Shown: positions 1 to 11,855, counted from the whole stretch's first letter. The stretch is 63,249 bases of DNA, filler included, from Reticulomyxa filosa (GCA_000512085.1; 18 parts of 18 records of this genome joined end to end with filler, not necessarily neighbours in it); one strand, 5' to 3'. A program made the numbers and translations. Notes: generated by a model from the letters alone, not told the origin.

Positions 1-335
1 TTTGCATTCCATTGATTTAAATGAAAACGATCATAAAAATATTTATTATTTATCAAATATTTCATTAAAGTCATTCATAATAAACAAATGATACTCTTTC
101 ACGAATTAAATTGATACTTTATATAATTATTCCATAAAAAAGATGACTTAATTTTGGATTTTCAATTATTGTATATCTTTCCAATGTTGTAAATTTGCAT
201 TTCCTACATATACATCATGTTTTTGAGAGTCAGCAACAAGAATCTCTAAAAATAACTGTTGATATTGAAGAGTTGCAAAACTATGTAAAGTATTCGAATG
301 ACTTTTTTCTATGTATTTTTGGGTTTCAATAAAGT
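1..335 (-). pseudogene. Degenerate fragment of a NACHT/P-loop NTPase-like gene
   Basis: The minus strand gives broken peptides IMNDFNEIFDK* and NKYFYDRFHLNQWNA, resembling a decayed Walker-B region (hhhDGFDE), with stops and frameshifts. Confidence 0.4.
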
Positions 336-1026
336 AGTCATAACAGTGTTATATAAATATATCAAATATTTAAAATTATTATATCATAGAAAATTTGAAT
401 AAAACAAAAATCAAATACAAACAAAAAAAAAACTTTCAATACTAACAATTTTTTAAAGTTCAAAAAATTCATTTTTTGGTACATTTACACTAATTTTTTA
501 TTTAGTTATAATGCAAGAAAGAAAGAAACAATTCAAGATCTATTTAAATGAGATTATCTCTAGGTGCCAGCGTGTAAATTGCTGTCCGTATGGAGGACTA
601 GTAGTCCAAAGTTTAAGATATTTGAATAATGCTTCATCCAAGAACATTGAAAATACTTGTTTTTGTTTTTTGTGTTGAATGTATATTTAGTAACGTACTT
701 ATTGTGGGTAATGTGCTTGTGCAAATTGTTCTTCTTTATAAATTCAATTGATAATATTTTACCTATAAAAAAAAAGAATTACAATGTATAGGATTCTTGT
801 AGTTATGAATGCACTGCAAACGCACTGTAAATATACTTTAAGATTAAATTAACAAATAGCAATTGATCAAATCAAATTATAATATATTTCACAATCAATG
901 TTGAAAATCTGCTTTTCTTTTTAAATTTTTATTTTTATATATAATCAAGTCCTTTGTCGGACTTGATAAAAAAAAGTTCAAGAATTTTTTTCATCTTACA
1001 TAATCTAAACAAAAGATTTTGAAAGC

Positions 1027-1580
1027 ATGACTACTTCTTATAATGAAAAACAAAGTTTAACTCAGCAAACATTGGTAAACTTCTTTTCAATCTTTCAGAA
1101 AACAGACTTCTTTTAGATTTTTACATACTTTGTGGTTAATCAGTCAGAAGAAGAAGAAGAAGACGTTCAATTAATTGTCCAACATTGGGTTCGAACTTTA
1201 AACATTAAATTAGGATGGATTCATGACTTTGACAAACTTATTGTCAATTATGTTATGTTTATTTGTTTTTCATTAAATGATATATATATAAATATATGCT
1301 ATCTTTATTTAATACAGGCAACTACATTCTTTATATTTGATACCTTTTGCTCATTATCCAAATTACTCAAAACATTCAATGCACACAAAGATTGTGTAAA
1401 TAGTATTGATTATTCAATATTCAATGGTGGTCAATTTATTTGTTCTGGATCAGGTGATAAAACAGTTAATGTATGGGATGTAGAGACTAATGAAAAAATT
1501 CAATCATTCAATGGACATTCAGGTTATGTATATTGGGTGAAATTTTCACCATATCATTATCATAATAATCGTCAAAATGT
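1027..1580 (+). CDS. WD40-repeat protein, 5' part (3 exons, truncated by contig end)
   Basis: Exon 1027-1074, then introns 1075-1143 and 1252-1317 (GT..AG). N-terminal IVQHWVRTLNIKLGWIHDFDKLIVNY is followed by WD repeats (ICSGSGDKTVNVWD, FNGHSGYVYWVKFS). Confidence 0.85.
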
Positions 1581-1680
1581 NNNNNNNNNNNNNNNNNNNN
1601 NNNNNNNNNNNNNNNNNNNNNNNNTTAATTAATTAANNNNNNNNNNNNNNNNNNNNNNNNNNNNNNNNNNNNNNNNNNNN
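1581..1680. other. Artificial contig linker (N44-TTAATTAATTAA-N44), first of 17
   Basis: The same 100-bp unit, with stops in all six frames, recurs at 3800, 5745, 13266, 15802, 22350, 24519, 27854, 35171, 37637, 39101, 42829, 48456, 50813, 56066, 58321 and 61290. Confidence 0.98.
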
Positions 1681-1715
<35 letters not shown>

Positions 1716-1795
1716 GGAGCATACTTTGAAGATTTAAAAAAAAAAAAAAAATTTTATTTTTTATTTTTTTAAATGAAACAATATAAAAAGAATAG

Positions 1796-2344
1796 ATGTC
1801 TTGGTGGTGAGCTATTTGAACGCGTGGCACGTCTGGAAGGTCATGGATTTTGCGAGAAGGATGTGATTCCGATGATTCATCAAATTGCGAAAGCGGTGAA
1901 GTACATGCACAGCCAGGGCATCGTCCACCGCGACTTAAAGCCGGAGAACATATTGGTGTACGAGCCCGGAGAGATCAAAACGATCAAAGTAGCCGACTTT
2001 GGCATTTCGAAGATCATCTTCGACCCGGAGATGTACCGCGACGGTGGGCGCAACAGCACTCTGATAGGGACCAATTCGACGAAGAATCGACAATCGGGGA
2101 AGAAGCTGGGTTTGAACAAGAAGTCCTCATCTCGAAAGATACTGCAGCAACAAAAAAGAGGACGTGAAAGCATCAACAAAAGGACCAGTCAGTCGTCTTC
2201 TTCATCTTCCAAGTCTCCGAAAGCCCAAGCCAATGCAATACGAAATCGAAAGGACACTTTAGGGGGTAACACTACAACGAATAATAATAACAATAGTAAT
2301 AATAATAATAATAATAATAATACTAATACTACTACTAATACTAA

Positions 2345-2376
<32 letters not shown>

Positions 2377-3310
2377 ATAACAATAACAATAACCAAGAAG
2401 AATCAGAAGAAAAGCAAGCACTGCAGCTTCATCAGAGCGAACGCGAAAAACAACGGCTCAGCTACAGCACTCCAAGCAGTGCGACGACGAGCGCGGGTAC
2501 CACTCCGACCACTGCGACGATGACAGGCAGTGACGGATCTCCGAACAATGACTCGTCCGGCAACAACCGACAGTCGTCGCGCCTGAGCAGGAAGCACCAT
2601 CGCAACAGCAGCAAAAACGTCAACAAAAAAGCCAACAACGTGTTCGAACAGGCCCGCAAAGACCGCATCGAAGCGATGCGCCGAAAAGAACAGAAGCTGA
2701 TGGACCATGAAGACAAGCTGTTCTATGATATCGGGTCCATGACCACCATGTGTGGCACTGTTTCTTATACCGCACCTGAAATTTTGAAACAAAAGCCTTA
2801 TGATTACCGAGTTTTGCTTCTTTGCAGAGAAAGAGAGAACATATCAATAAATATATACATAAATAAATTTATTTGTTAATTGTCAATTATTACAATTGGG
2901 AAAAAAAAAATAAAAAAATAGGTAGACTTTTGGAGCGTTGGAGTGATAATGTATATATTGCTGTGTGGATTGCCACCATTTTGGGGCCGAAATCCACGCG
3001 AAGTTGCCGAAGCTATTGTGTTTGATGATGTGAAGTTTGAGGAGTGCGACTGGACTCATGTGAGCGACCAAGGGAAAGCACTGATCCAAGGCCTGTTGGA
3101 AAAAGATCCGAACAAACGCAAAACCATGGACGACGTTTTGAACCACACGTGGTTGTTCTCGGCCAAAACCACTTTGTCCAAAATTGCCTTGTCTTCATTA
3201 CGAGAAACAGTCGCCAGGCGCACCGTCGGACGCAGGCTGTCCATGGGCGTGTTTGAGAGCAAATCCTCGCGCTTGGATAAACTCTATCAAGCCAGAGATG
3301 ATGAAGTAGT
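1796..3310 (+). CDS. CAMK-group Ser/Thr protein kinase (5'-truncated; 3' end uncertain)
   Basis: GGELF, HRDLKPEN, VADFG and CGTVSYTAPE motifs; intron 2811-2921; then VDFWSVGVIMYILLCGLPPFW and LLEKDPNKR. Confidence 0.92.
2270..2392 (+). repeat. (AAT)n/(ACT)n microsatellite encoding poly-Asn/Thr
   Basis: Trinucleotide runs visible inside the kinase ORF. Confidence 0.9.
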
Positions 3311-3969
3311 TGAGTCGCATTTATTTGTGTATATGTTGTATGTATATGTTGTATGTATATATTGTATGTATATGTGTATGTATGTTTTTGGTGACGTTGA
3401 CAAATCTATCCATTGGATTGCTTTTGAATTTTTATTTTTTTTTTTTATAGACTACTCGTGCCCCTACCATTCATTCCCGAATGCTGGGTCCTCGTTTTTC
3501 AAAAACAGATGACGAGTTGTTCGAGTTGCGTTTGCCATCATCAAATGCTTCTCCCAGAAAGCTTTCTGTACTGGACACTGATATTCTTTCTGATAGTGAT
3601 GAGGAAACCTTGGATCGATGATTTTTTTTTTGTTTGTTTTATTTTGTCTTGTTTTGTTTGTTTTCCTATTTTTTTCCCCCCAAAAAGCAATCAACAATGA
3701 AAGGAAAGGAATTTGGGTGCATGTATTTTTTTGTCGATTTGATGAGTTGTTTGGACACGTTATGTTGCTCCGCCAACCTTGGATTTTTTTTTTTTTTTTN
3801 NNNNNNNNNNNNNNNNNNNNNNNNNNNNNNNNNNNNNNNNNNNTTAATTAATTAANNNNNNNNNNNNNNNNNNNNNNNNNNNNNNNNNNNNNNNNNNNNG
3901 TTTGTGATGTTTGTGATGTCTATGGTAATGTTTGTATCGACTGCAATTGTAGCATTTCATTTGTTGCAG

Positions 3970-4299
3970 GAACAGTGGTGTGAGTGTGCTCGACAATGAT
4001 CTCTGCCTTTTGAGGGCGTCACTTTCTTTCGCCGAGTACAACGGCGTGGGGACTACACTGACTCAGGTTCTACGGCATCAATCAACGTCTGTTTTTCTTC
4101 TGAGATCACTGATTTTGATGTCGAAATTGACGCTGATCTGCAACAAGAACAGCAGCCACCCATTCGTTCGAAATCTCTGTTGAGGGGGAAAAGTTGTCAA
4201 AAAAAGACGCGAAACTGAACTAAGGTGTATTTGTCCTCTGGATCAAGTGTGGAACAAAAGTTTGCGTGAGAGAATTAGCCTTTTGACGAATCGCATTTA
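3970..4299 (+). CDS. Possible terminal exon of an unknown gene (frame ambiguous)
   Basis: GC-richer block after a ttgcag acceptor. Two open frames: 3971-4183, and 4000-4299 behind a TGA. Confidence 0.3.
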
Positions 4300-4666
4300 A
4301 AAGTAGACCAAAAAAAAAACAAAAATAAATAATCGCTTTGAATAAGAGAAGAGTGTATTGTAAAATCATTTTCAAATGTGTTAAAAATAGCGATCGAAGA
4401 TAACAGGACTTTTGTACAAAAAAAAAAAGTCGATTGATCAAAAAAAAAAAAAAAGAAATTTATTAATTTTTGGGGGGAAAAAAAAATGTAAGTAAACGAG
4501 AAGTCTGTAGAAAAGGAGTTGTGGATTGATGAAAATATGTTCCCTCATCATCCCAATCCAAGGAAATGCAACACAAGAAGAAAAAAAAAACCCTTTTCAC
4601 AAAAGAATACAATGGAATCGGAAAAAAAAAAAAAAAATTGAGAGCGTAAATGGAGAAAGATAGTAA

Positions 4667-5706
4667 TCAAAGAGAATGTGTTTTGCGTGAGCTGGCTCGA
4701 ACAACAAAGTTGAGACCACCAGAAAGCAGACAAAAAGTAGCAAAGGTAGTAGCAATGCGAATGTCATACCATTGTGCAAGACCGGCACATATGCTGCTGC
4801 CAAGCATGAGACCAAAGTCCGCGCCCGCGCGCAGCATAGCCAAGGCTTGACTTCGATTATGAATATCGGAGTGGTCACTGACATAAGCCATCGGAGAGGA
4901 CTGGAACATGGTGCTGCCAACGCCCCAGCAAATGGCCAAAGCGGTGAGTTGTTGAGAAGTTTGCACATAAGGTAGCGAAAATGCGGCAGCGGACAAAAGA
5001 ACAATTCCTGGCGCGACCACATGTTTGCGGCCACTTTGTCGCTGAGCCAAGCCATGGGCTGTGACCCAATGACATTGATCAAAGCGACACAGCCGAAGAG
5101 CGAGCCCAAGCTAGTGAGACTCATGTGCAAAGTGTTGGTCGCATACAAAGGCATGAGTGTGTACATGCAGCCACTGGACGCGAACCAGAACAGCGAGTGC
5201 AAATAAATGGCATAGCGAATGTTCCGATTGTCCCACAGGGGTTTCCACCGCCGCAATGTACCTTTAAACTCCCCTCCAATGTCCCTCCACACGATCTTCT
5301 TGTGCGACTGCTGGCGCTTCGGCAGCGTCTCCGGGCACATCATTATGTGGTTCATCACCACACCACTGATCGTCACGCCCACCGCCAAAAAGCAATTGCG
5401 GATGCCCAAGCCTTCCGCCAGTATGCCACCTAACGCAGGGCCTAACACCATGCCCGTCCCAAATCCTACCTGTGTCGGACCTTTATTTATTTATTTTTTT
5501 TTTTGTGTTTATGGACCCACACAAACCACATATATATACAGAGAAAAAAAAAAAAATAAATATATATATGTATATATATATATATATATACATTTTTCTT
5601 CTTGGCTTAACTCAATGTCCTCGCTCTGTTCTCAACAGTCGAAATATCTGCCAAATAACTTTGACTACCGGCCATTGATATTGAACCACCCGCTCCAACA
5701 AGAAAT
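4667..5706 (-). CDS. MFS transporter (DHA1-like), 3' part, with a 1-nt frameshift at ~5035
   Basis: RFLVGAGG..YLADIS, motif C GMVLGPALGG, and WLSDK(S)GRK split across ORFs 4597-5451 and 4667-5050; intron ~5481-5610. Confidence 0.85.
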
Positions 5707-5844
5707 CTTTATATACACATATATGTACATATATATATATATATNNNNNNNNNNNNNNNNNNNNNNNNNNNNNNNNNNNNNNNNNNNNTTAATTAATTAA
5801 NNNNNNNNNNNNNNNNNNNNNNNNNNNNNNNNNNNNNNNNNNNN

Positions 5845-6473
5845 ATATATATATATATTTTATCTGACGAAATGCTAAAGAACGTTAATTTCTGCTTAGA
5901 AAATAAAGATGATTGGATTTCCATCAAGATAATGCAACATGCCATAAATCGGAAAAATTATGAAATAGTTAAAACAAAAAAAAATAAAACAATGAATTTT
6001 CCTACAAATTCACCTGATTTAAACCCAATCGAAAATCTTTGGTGGATAGCAAAGACAATGATTCACAAAAAAGGACTATTTAATACCACAGAAGAACTTT
6101 GGAACCAATTCGAAACAGAATGAGAAAAAATAAAAACAAACATTTGTGAAACCTTAATAAAATCGATACCAAAGAGAATACATGCAATTAAAAAATCCAA
6201 AGATATTAACACGTTGGTAAACTTGAATTAAATTTTTAAAACAAATCTTATAATAATCAGGCAACCACAAAATTTTTTTTTAAAGTAAATGAAAGATTAA
6301 AATTTTTGAAAAAATTTATAAAGACTTAATAAAAAACCAAAATGATATTTAAAAACTACGCGATTCGTAGATATTTTTTAAAAAATTTTGAATAAATGTT
6401 GTTTTTCATGGAGAAACACAATTATCTCTATAAGGTGGCATTTTAGGTGTCGACTTTCTTTTTTATCTTACTG
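5845..6473 (+). mobile_element. Tc1/mariner (DD34E-type) transposon, degenerate 3' end with right terminus
   Basis: FHQDNATCH and FPTNSPDLNPIENLW lie in different frames; SIPKRIHAIKK follows a stop; the element ends ...CTTACTG followed by TA. Confidence 0.85.
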
Positions 6474-8049
6474 TACATAAATAGCATTATTCAATAGTTC
6501 TTCTGTTGTAATTTACGTGTGATAAATTGTACTAGAAACATAAATTATAAAAAGTCAACTACATCAACTCATAATATCTAATAATAATTGTATTGAAAAT
6601 AAATACAGTCAAATATTTGCCAAATGCATAATGTTCCAAATTATAACTTCAAATATGTATAATAAATAATCAAAAACGATCAAAACGCGATTGCAAATCA
6701 AAAGAAAAGAAAGATATTCATATAGAAATGTACATGTTGACTACATACAACTACATAAAAGATAAAGTATATATATAAACTCGTTATAACTAATGAACGT
6801 TTTTATATTGACAACTTGGCAACCTGTCATAAATGCAAATGAAGTCTTTTTTAATATACGTTGTATATACTTTCTTTAGAACATAATTGACTTGTTCTAA
6901 GTGTATGTACATACTGATAAAAGCAGACTGTATACTATATACAGTTGACTATTTGCGATGCGCAAAGTTATATTACGCGACAAAATCTATTATTTGTAAT
7001 ATTGTCTGCATCAATATATTTTTAAAAAAATAACTAGCAAACATGATATAACGTAATTTTGCTATTTATCAACGTAAAAACTATTCATTTCGTTGTTTTA
7101 TAAATATAAAAACATATATTTGTATGTACAAATATATAAATGACGAATGATTGAAGTAGTTAAAGAAAAGACCTAATTGATAAATCGAAGAAAGTGAGTG
7201 ATAAAGAAGAATCTGAAATAGTGAAACAAATCACGTCTACATTATGACATCATGGAGTCAACTTATGCGAACGGCAGTTTATGCAATGAGCATTATGATA
7301 TATGTGCAAGTTATCCCTCCGTTTTTTTGTTCCCAACTCCGTCTCGGACGGGTTGATCGAAAGTGCTTCCAAATTCCACTCGTACTCGAGATTGGCTTTG
7401 CTCGCAGGCGAGTTTGACAGCAAATCCTCACCAACAAAGAGCACTTTGGAGCCATCTACATCATTGTTGCCGTAGGAAAAAAAAGTATTTGTTTGCAAAA
7501 AGTGTCAACAGTAACAAATTTTTTAAAAATTTGGATGAACATAAAAAAAGAGAATGAGTAAGTGCACAGCTAATGTTAATTTTTGCATTAATGATTTTCA
7601 TTTTGTCTGCAAAGGTGGCGATCATATAGACCTACCTAATTTTCAGCTGTTTCCAAAAGACTATAAAGTTAAATTCGAGCGTGTTTGTGTTCTTGAAATT
7701 GGTAAAGTTTACTACACATGCATGAAAAATCTGCCGACTAAATCATTCAAAGATATTTAAAGCTTGAACTAATTACAAAGTTACAAAAAAGCATGAACCG
7801 GCCAACAAAATATCCATCAACCTTGGCCGCATCTTATCCATGACACATTTACAAAAAAGCAAAAACATTAATTAATAATGCAACAGCTAAATAAGTACTA
7901 AATTAAATGAAGAAACATCGAGTGAGTGCACGGATATGGAATACACACTGAAATAGAGAAAAACGAGCTAATTTTAAAAATTTTCTACAAGTGTACAAAT
8001 TGCTGAACTGAACAATGCTCTTCAAAAAAAAAAAGAATAAATACAGAAT

Positions 8050-8742
8050 TTATTTGTGCTTAATGAGTTCTATTACTTCTTTATTGATAAAATGGCTGAA
8101 CAAAATTCCCCACACAACCCCAGCTAAAGCCATATAACCCACTCTGTATCTTGGCGCAACAAATCGGAAGTTTATAAATTGAGAAATGGGAACAACACTC
8201 CAAGCTGTTTTCATCAAGGGCCAAAAGTCTTGTTGGAGTTTGGATTTGATCTTTCTCGTGTTCCATTCACCGTGGTTATCAAATGTAACTGAGTATGTCA
8301 TAAATACAACATTGTAAGCTGGTGCTATCGTTAGACTTTCCACAAATAACTTTTTGAACACTGTGATCATCTTTTTGTCCGGAAATCTTCTGTCCAAATA
8401 TACTTTATACCAGAGGTGGAATACTGGGGCATGAATTAGAGAATACCCCAAAATCATTTTAAAAGTGCGTCTGAAATTAAAGGGTTTCCGCTGTCGCTTG
8501 TCTTTTGTTCTTTGGCGTTCCAAGTATTGCGACAACGGATCGCTTATCCCTATAATAACGGCATTTGTACCTATTTTTGTTATCAATGGCCATCGATGCA
8601 ACCAGCCTTCGTAATGATAAACAAATTTTTGTGACCGTGAGCGAATTTTTCGGAACATGGCCAAAAAATCTTTTCCAAGCCCCTTTTTTTTGCCAAATAT
8701 TTCCTTAAACCAAGATTTTACTGTTTTCAATCTACTCTTCAT
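8050..8742 (-). CDS. Mpv17/PMP22 family membrane protein (intronless)
   Basis: 230-aa ORF with PLITK, DPLSQY, FRRTFKM, APVFHLWY and WSVVPISQFINFRFVAPRYRV. Confidence 0.9.
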   Translation of the reverse strand: MKSRLKTVKSWFKEIFGKKKGLGKDFLAMFRKIRSRSQKFVYHYEGWLHRWPLITKIGTNAVIIGISDPLSQYLERQRTKDKRQRKPFNFRRTFKMILGYSLIHAPVFHLWYKVYLDRRFPDKKMITVFKKLFVESLTIAPAYNVVFMTYSVTFDNHGEWNTRKIKSKLQQDFWPLMKTAWSVVPISQFINFRFVAPRYRVGYMALAGVVWGILFSHFINKEVIELIKHK

Positions 8743-8891
8743 TTTAATGCGGTGCTATAAAATATTTTTTTATGAGTATGCTCTACAAGGCATAATACAG
8801 ACCAGCATTGCTGAAAATACTGAAATTTTTCTTTCGAAACGTGAAAGATGAAAAGGGTCTTCTCTATGAATTACTGACATTGATTATCAAA

Positions 8892-11855
8892 ATGTCCTCT
8901 GGGGGTGTAATTCTGCAAGATAATAAGGGAAACAAGATCGAAGTTACAAATTCGGAGACTAATCCTTTTGAGTTTGGTCGAATAACGGATGGTTATAGCG
9001 ATATTTGTAACAGGTTTGTGTTGTGTTGTATGTGCGACGGCACGTTGGACAAGGAATTGTATATTGGATCGATATATAGGATGAGTAGAAAACATTTGGA
9101 GCTGTGGAAGCTTAGTGAAGACAACAAAGAAGGTTGTCTTGGAGTCCGTTTAGTTGGGTAGGAGAAAAAACAAACAAACAAACTCATTCAAAAGAGAGGA
9201 AAGAGGCGGTATTAACAGCAAAGACCCACAAAGGACAAACTATATATCTACTTGTGATATAAGTGTAATTTGTAGTTGTTGTTTTTATATTTTATTTTAT
9301 TGTTGAGTTGGGACATTATTTGAGGTTGGAACGAAGAGACGGATCAAGCGAAGTAATAAAGTGTAAAAATGCATGCGTTGTGAAAGAAGGCGAAAAGCTA
9401 TATTTGATTGATAAAAAGCATGACAAAAACAACGAGTTTTACTTGACAGTGGAGGAGACACGAAGAGAGGAGCCGACTGGAATGATCATCATTGGCCAGA
9501 AGAGATCGGCCAAAGAGGCTAAGCTAATGGAGAAAGACGAGCCACAGTCACAACTACGGCCACAATCACAGCCAAATGAAATGTCATTGATAACCTCTTA
9601 CTTCAAACCAAAAAAAGCAAAGACAAGAGAAGATAATGAATCCAACGTAGAGAATCCAATTAACAAAGCGATGGCCTCATTCTCTTCAAAGCCATTCTCC
9701 TGTTCATTGGCAGCTGACTCTTCATGGAACAGTGTCGATCATATCAACACTATCAATGCCAATGCCAATGTCAATGCTAATGCTAATGCTAATGCTAATG
9801 CTAATGCTAATGCTAATGCTAATGCCAATATCAATATCAATACTAATGTCAATATTAATAACGTCAGTGTCGATTTTAGTATCGCTTTTGCCACTCGAAA
9901 TCCGCGTCATGAACTGACTGAGCGTTCTTCCGAACTGGACAATGGCGAGAATCGTCCTGCCATGCATGCATCCACATCGACTGCGAGTGATGGACTTGGC
10001 GTGGAGAATTGCCGTGGCAGCAGTAAGACAAAGTCATTGACACTTGAAGCAAGCGCCAATACCACTTCCTTGTCTGTGGGTACAGCCATGCCGACATCAA
10101 TGTCAGTAATGACGAGTGACAAGCAACGTGCAAAAAGGGAGGACGATGCTCCCCAAAGTAAAGTCAAGTCCGCGGAGGGACCACAAAGTCCGATCCAATT
10201 GGTGATGGAGCACAAGGAACGAAAAGAAAGCGAAGCGCGAAGTGAGTATGGATTTGAGAACCAATATAGCATAGGCATTCCAGTGTTAGATTGGGTGAAG
10301 TTGCACATTGACGCAAAAAAATATGTGCAAGTGCTGTACGGCTGTGTGCGAGATTTCGTGCAGAGCAATTATCATCCTGACCTGCGCATGTACGTGTTTA
10401 TCCCGCATGCACTGGTTCAATTGTTCAAGGAATGTGGAGTGACACAATGGGAAACAAAGCCATTGGCAAGAAGTATATCACTTCCTGAAGAAAAGGAAAA
10501 AGAACATTCGTTGTTGCATTGGATCGCATGTAATGACATGCAGACCGATTATATGAGTAGTGTATTATCGTATTGTTCACAAAGCGAAACAAGCAATTGC
10601 ATTCGGTTCCTGTTGCAGTACATCAAATACAATTGGAAGTATGCCACCAACCAACACAAGAAAAGTTGGGAGGGATGTCAACAGCAATCGAATCAAGTGG
10701 ATCTTGAGCAATTGTTCGCAAAAGCATTTCCAAAACAAACAGCAAAGTTGGGCGTGCCTTATGCCGTTGGAATGCCTATTGCCTTTCAGCAGTCACACAA
10801 AATCGAATATGTGATTGGAGTGGTGCCACCCAATCACAATGCTCAATTGGTCGATTGCATCTCCAATGAAGACACTGTCATCGAAAAACTGCAACAATGT
10901 TATCATCATGTGTTCACTTGCTTTTATCATTTTTGTAATTTGCCCAAAACTTTTGAGTCTCCGTCGTCTCCTTGCCATCCCATCACCACTTCGACTACTA
11001 CTACCAACTCCAATTCTGGCTCCAAATCCGACTCCGTGTTTCAGAGTCCACAACACACTCCTGTCTATCACCCTCCAAAGGCGGATCTGTTGCCCGATTT
11101 TCATGGCCATTGGAAACACGCCTTGACCGTGTACTTGAAGCCGGCCAATGAGAGGAAGTCGGAATGGAATCCGTGCATCTTCTGGGAAGACGAACAATAT
11201 GTCGTCATTTATGACCGCTTTTTCAAGGCACGCTTTCATCTGCTCTTGCTTCCTCGTTACATCTTTCCTTCCATTGCCGAGTTGATCGCCAACAACCCTG
11301 CTCATATTCTAATGTTGCAAGATATGCTTGTTCGGGGGCAATGGCTTTCTCACTGGTTTTTACTTAAAATATATACATATAAATATATATATGTATATAT
11401 GTATATATGCTTTTTTAAAAATAATAACATCTTTTTTAACCAAATTTAATAGTTTGAAGGCAATCTTGACGACGAAAGGTAAAGACAAAGTTGATATCAA
11501 AATCGGATTTCATGCTGTGCCATCAATGGACCAAATTCATCTTCATGTCATTAGCAACGACTTTGATTCGAACAACTTGAAAAATAAAAAACACTGGAAC
11601 TCTTTCAATACTCGCTTTTTCATTCATCCCAACGCTTTGCTGCAATGGCTGCAAAATCCTTCTTTTGCTTCGCATAAACTCAAAGACCATCTTGACACTG
11701 AATTTTACGAAAATTTGCTCCGATCCAATTTAATGTGTCATCGCTGTCATCGCGAACCAATACGCACAATCCCCGCTCTCAAACAACACATTGCGTCTTG
11801 CACTGTCAAAGAACAAATCAACTCTGAAGATATCCCTTTGACACTTTACACGTGA
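8892..11855 (+). CDS. APTX: Aprataxin-like protein: FHA + macro-like + HIT + C2HC zinc finger
   Basis: Introns 9014-9079, 9153-9307 and 11356-11452. FHA motifs FGR..SRKH; HIT region IYDRFFKARFHLLLLP, GFHAVPSMDQIHLHVISNDF, KNKKHWNSFNT; finger CHRC..HIASC. Confidence 0.88.
9755..9860 (+). repeat. (AATGCT)n hexamer repeat encoding (NA)n
   Basis: Tandem repeat visible in the aprataxin linker region. Confidence 0.9.

Noticed and set aside
560-612. GC-richer patch as a possible tRNA or ncRNA
   Set aside because: No cloverleaf, T-loop or A/B boxes, only a 5-bp stem. No tRNA or rRNA gene was recognised anywhere in the window.
1625-1636. Recurrent TTAATTAATTAA as a biological repeat, piggyBac TTAA site or CRISPR-like repeat
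   Set aside because: It is always centred in exactly 44+44 Ns, so it is an artificial linker. ORFs ending in XXX-LIN are artefacts.
2189-2792. Antisense ORFs over the kinase, and similar ones at 9722, 15046, 24105 and 61695
   Set aside because: These are shadows of trinucleotide or low-complexity coding on the other strand.
7250-7850. Short ORFs that might be a small gene or pseudogene
   Set aside because: Mildly coding-like, but with no recognisable motif or consistent exon chain.
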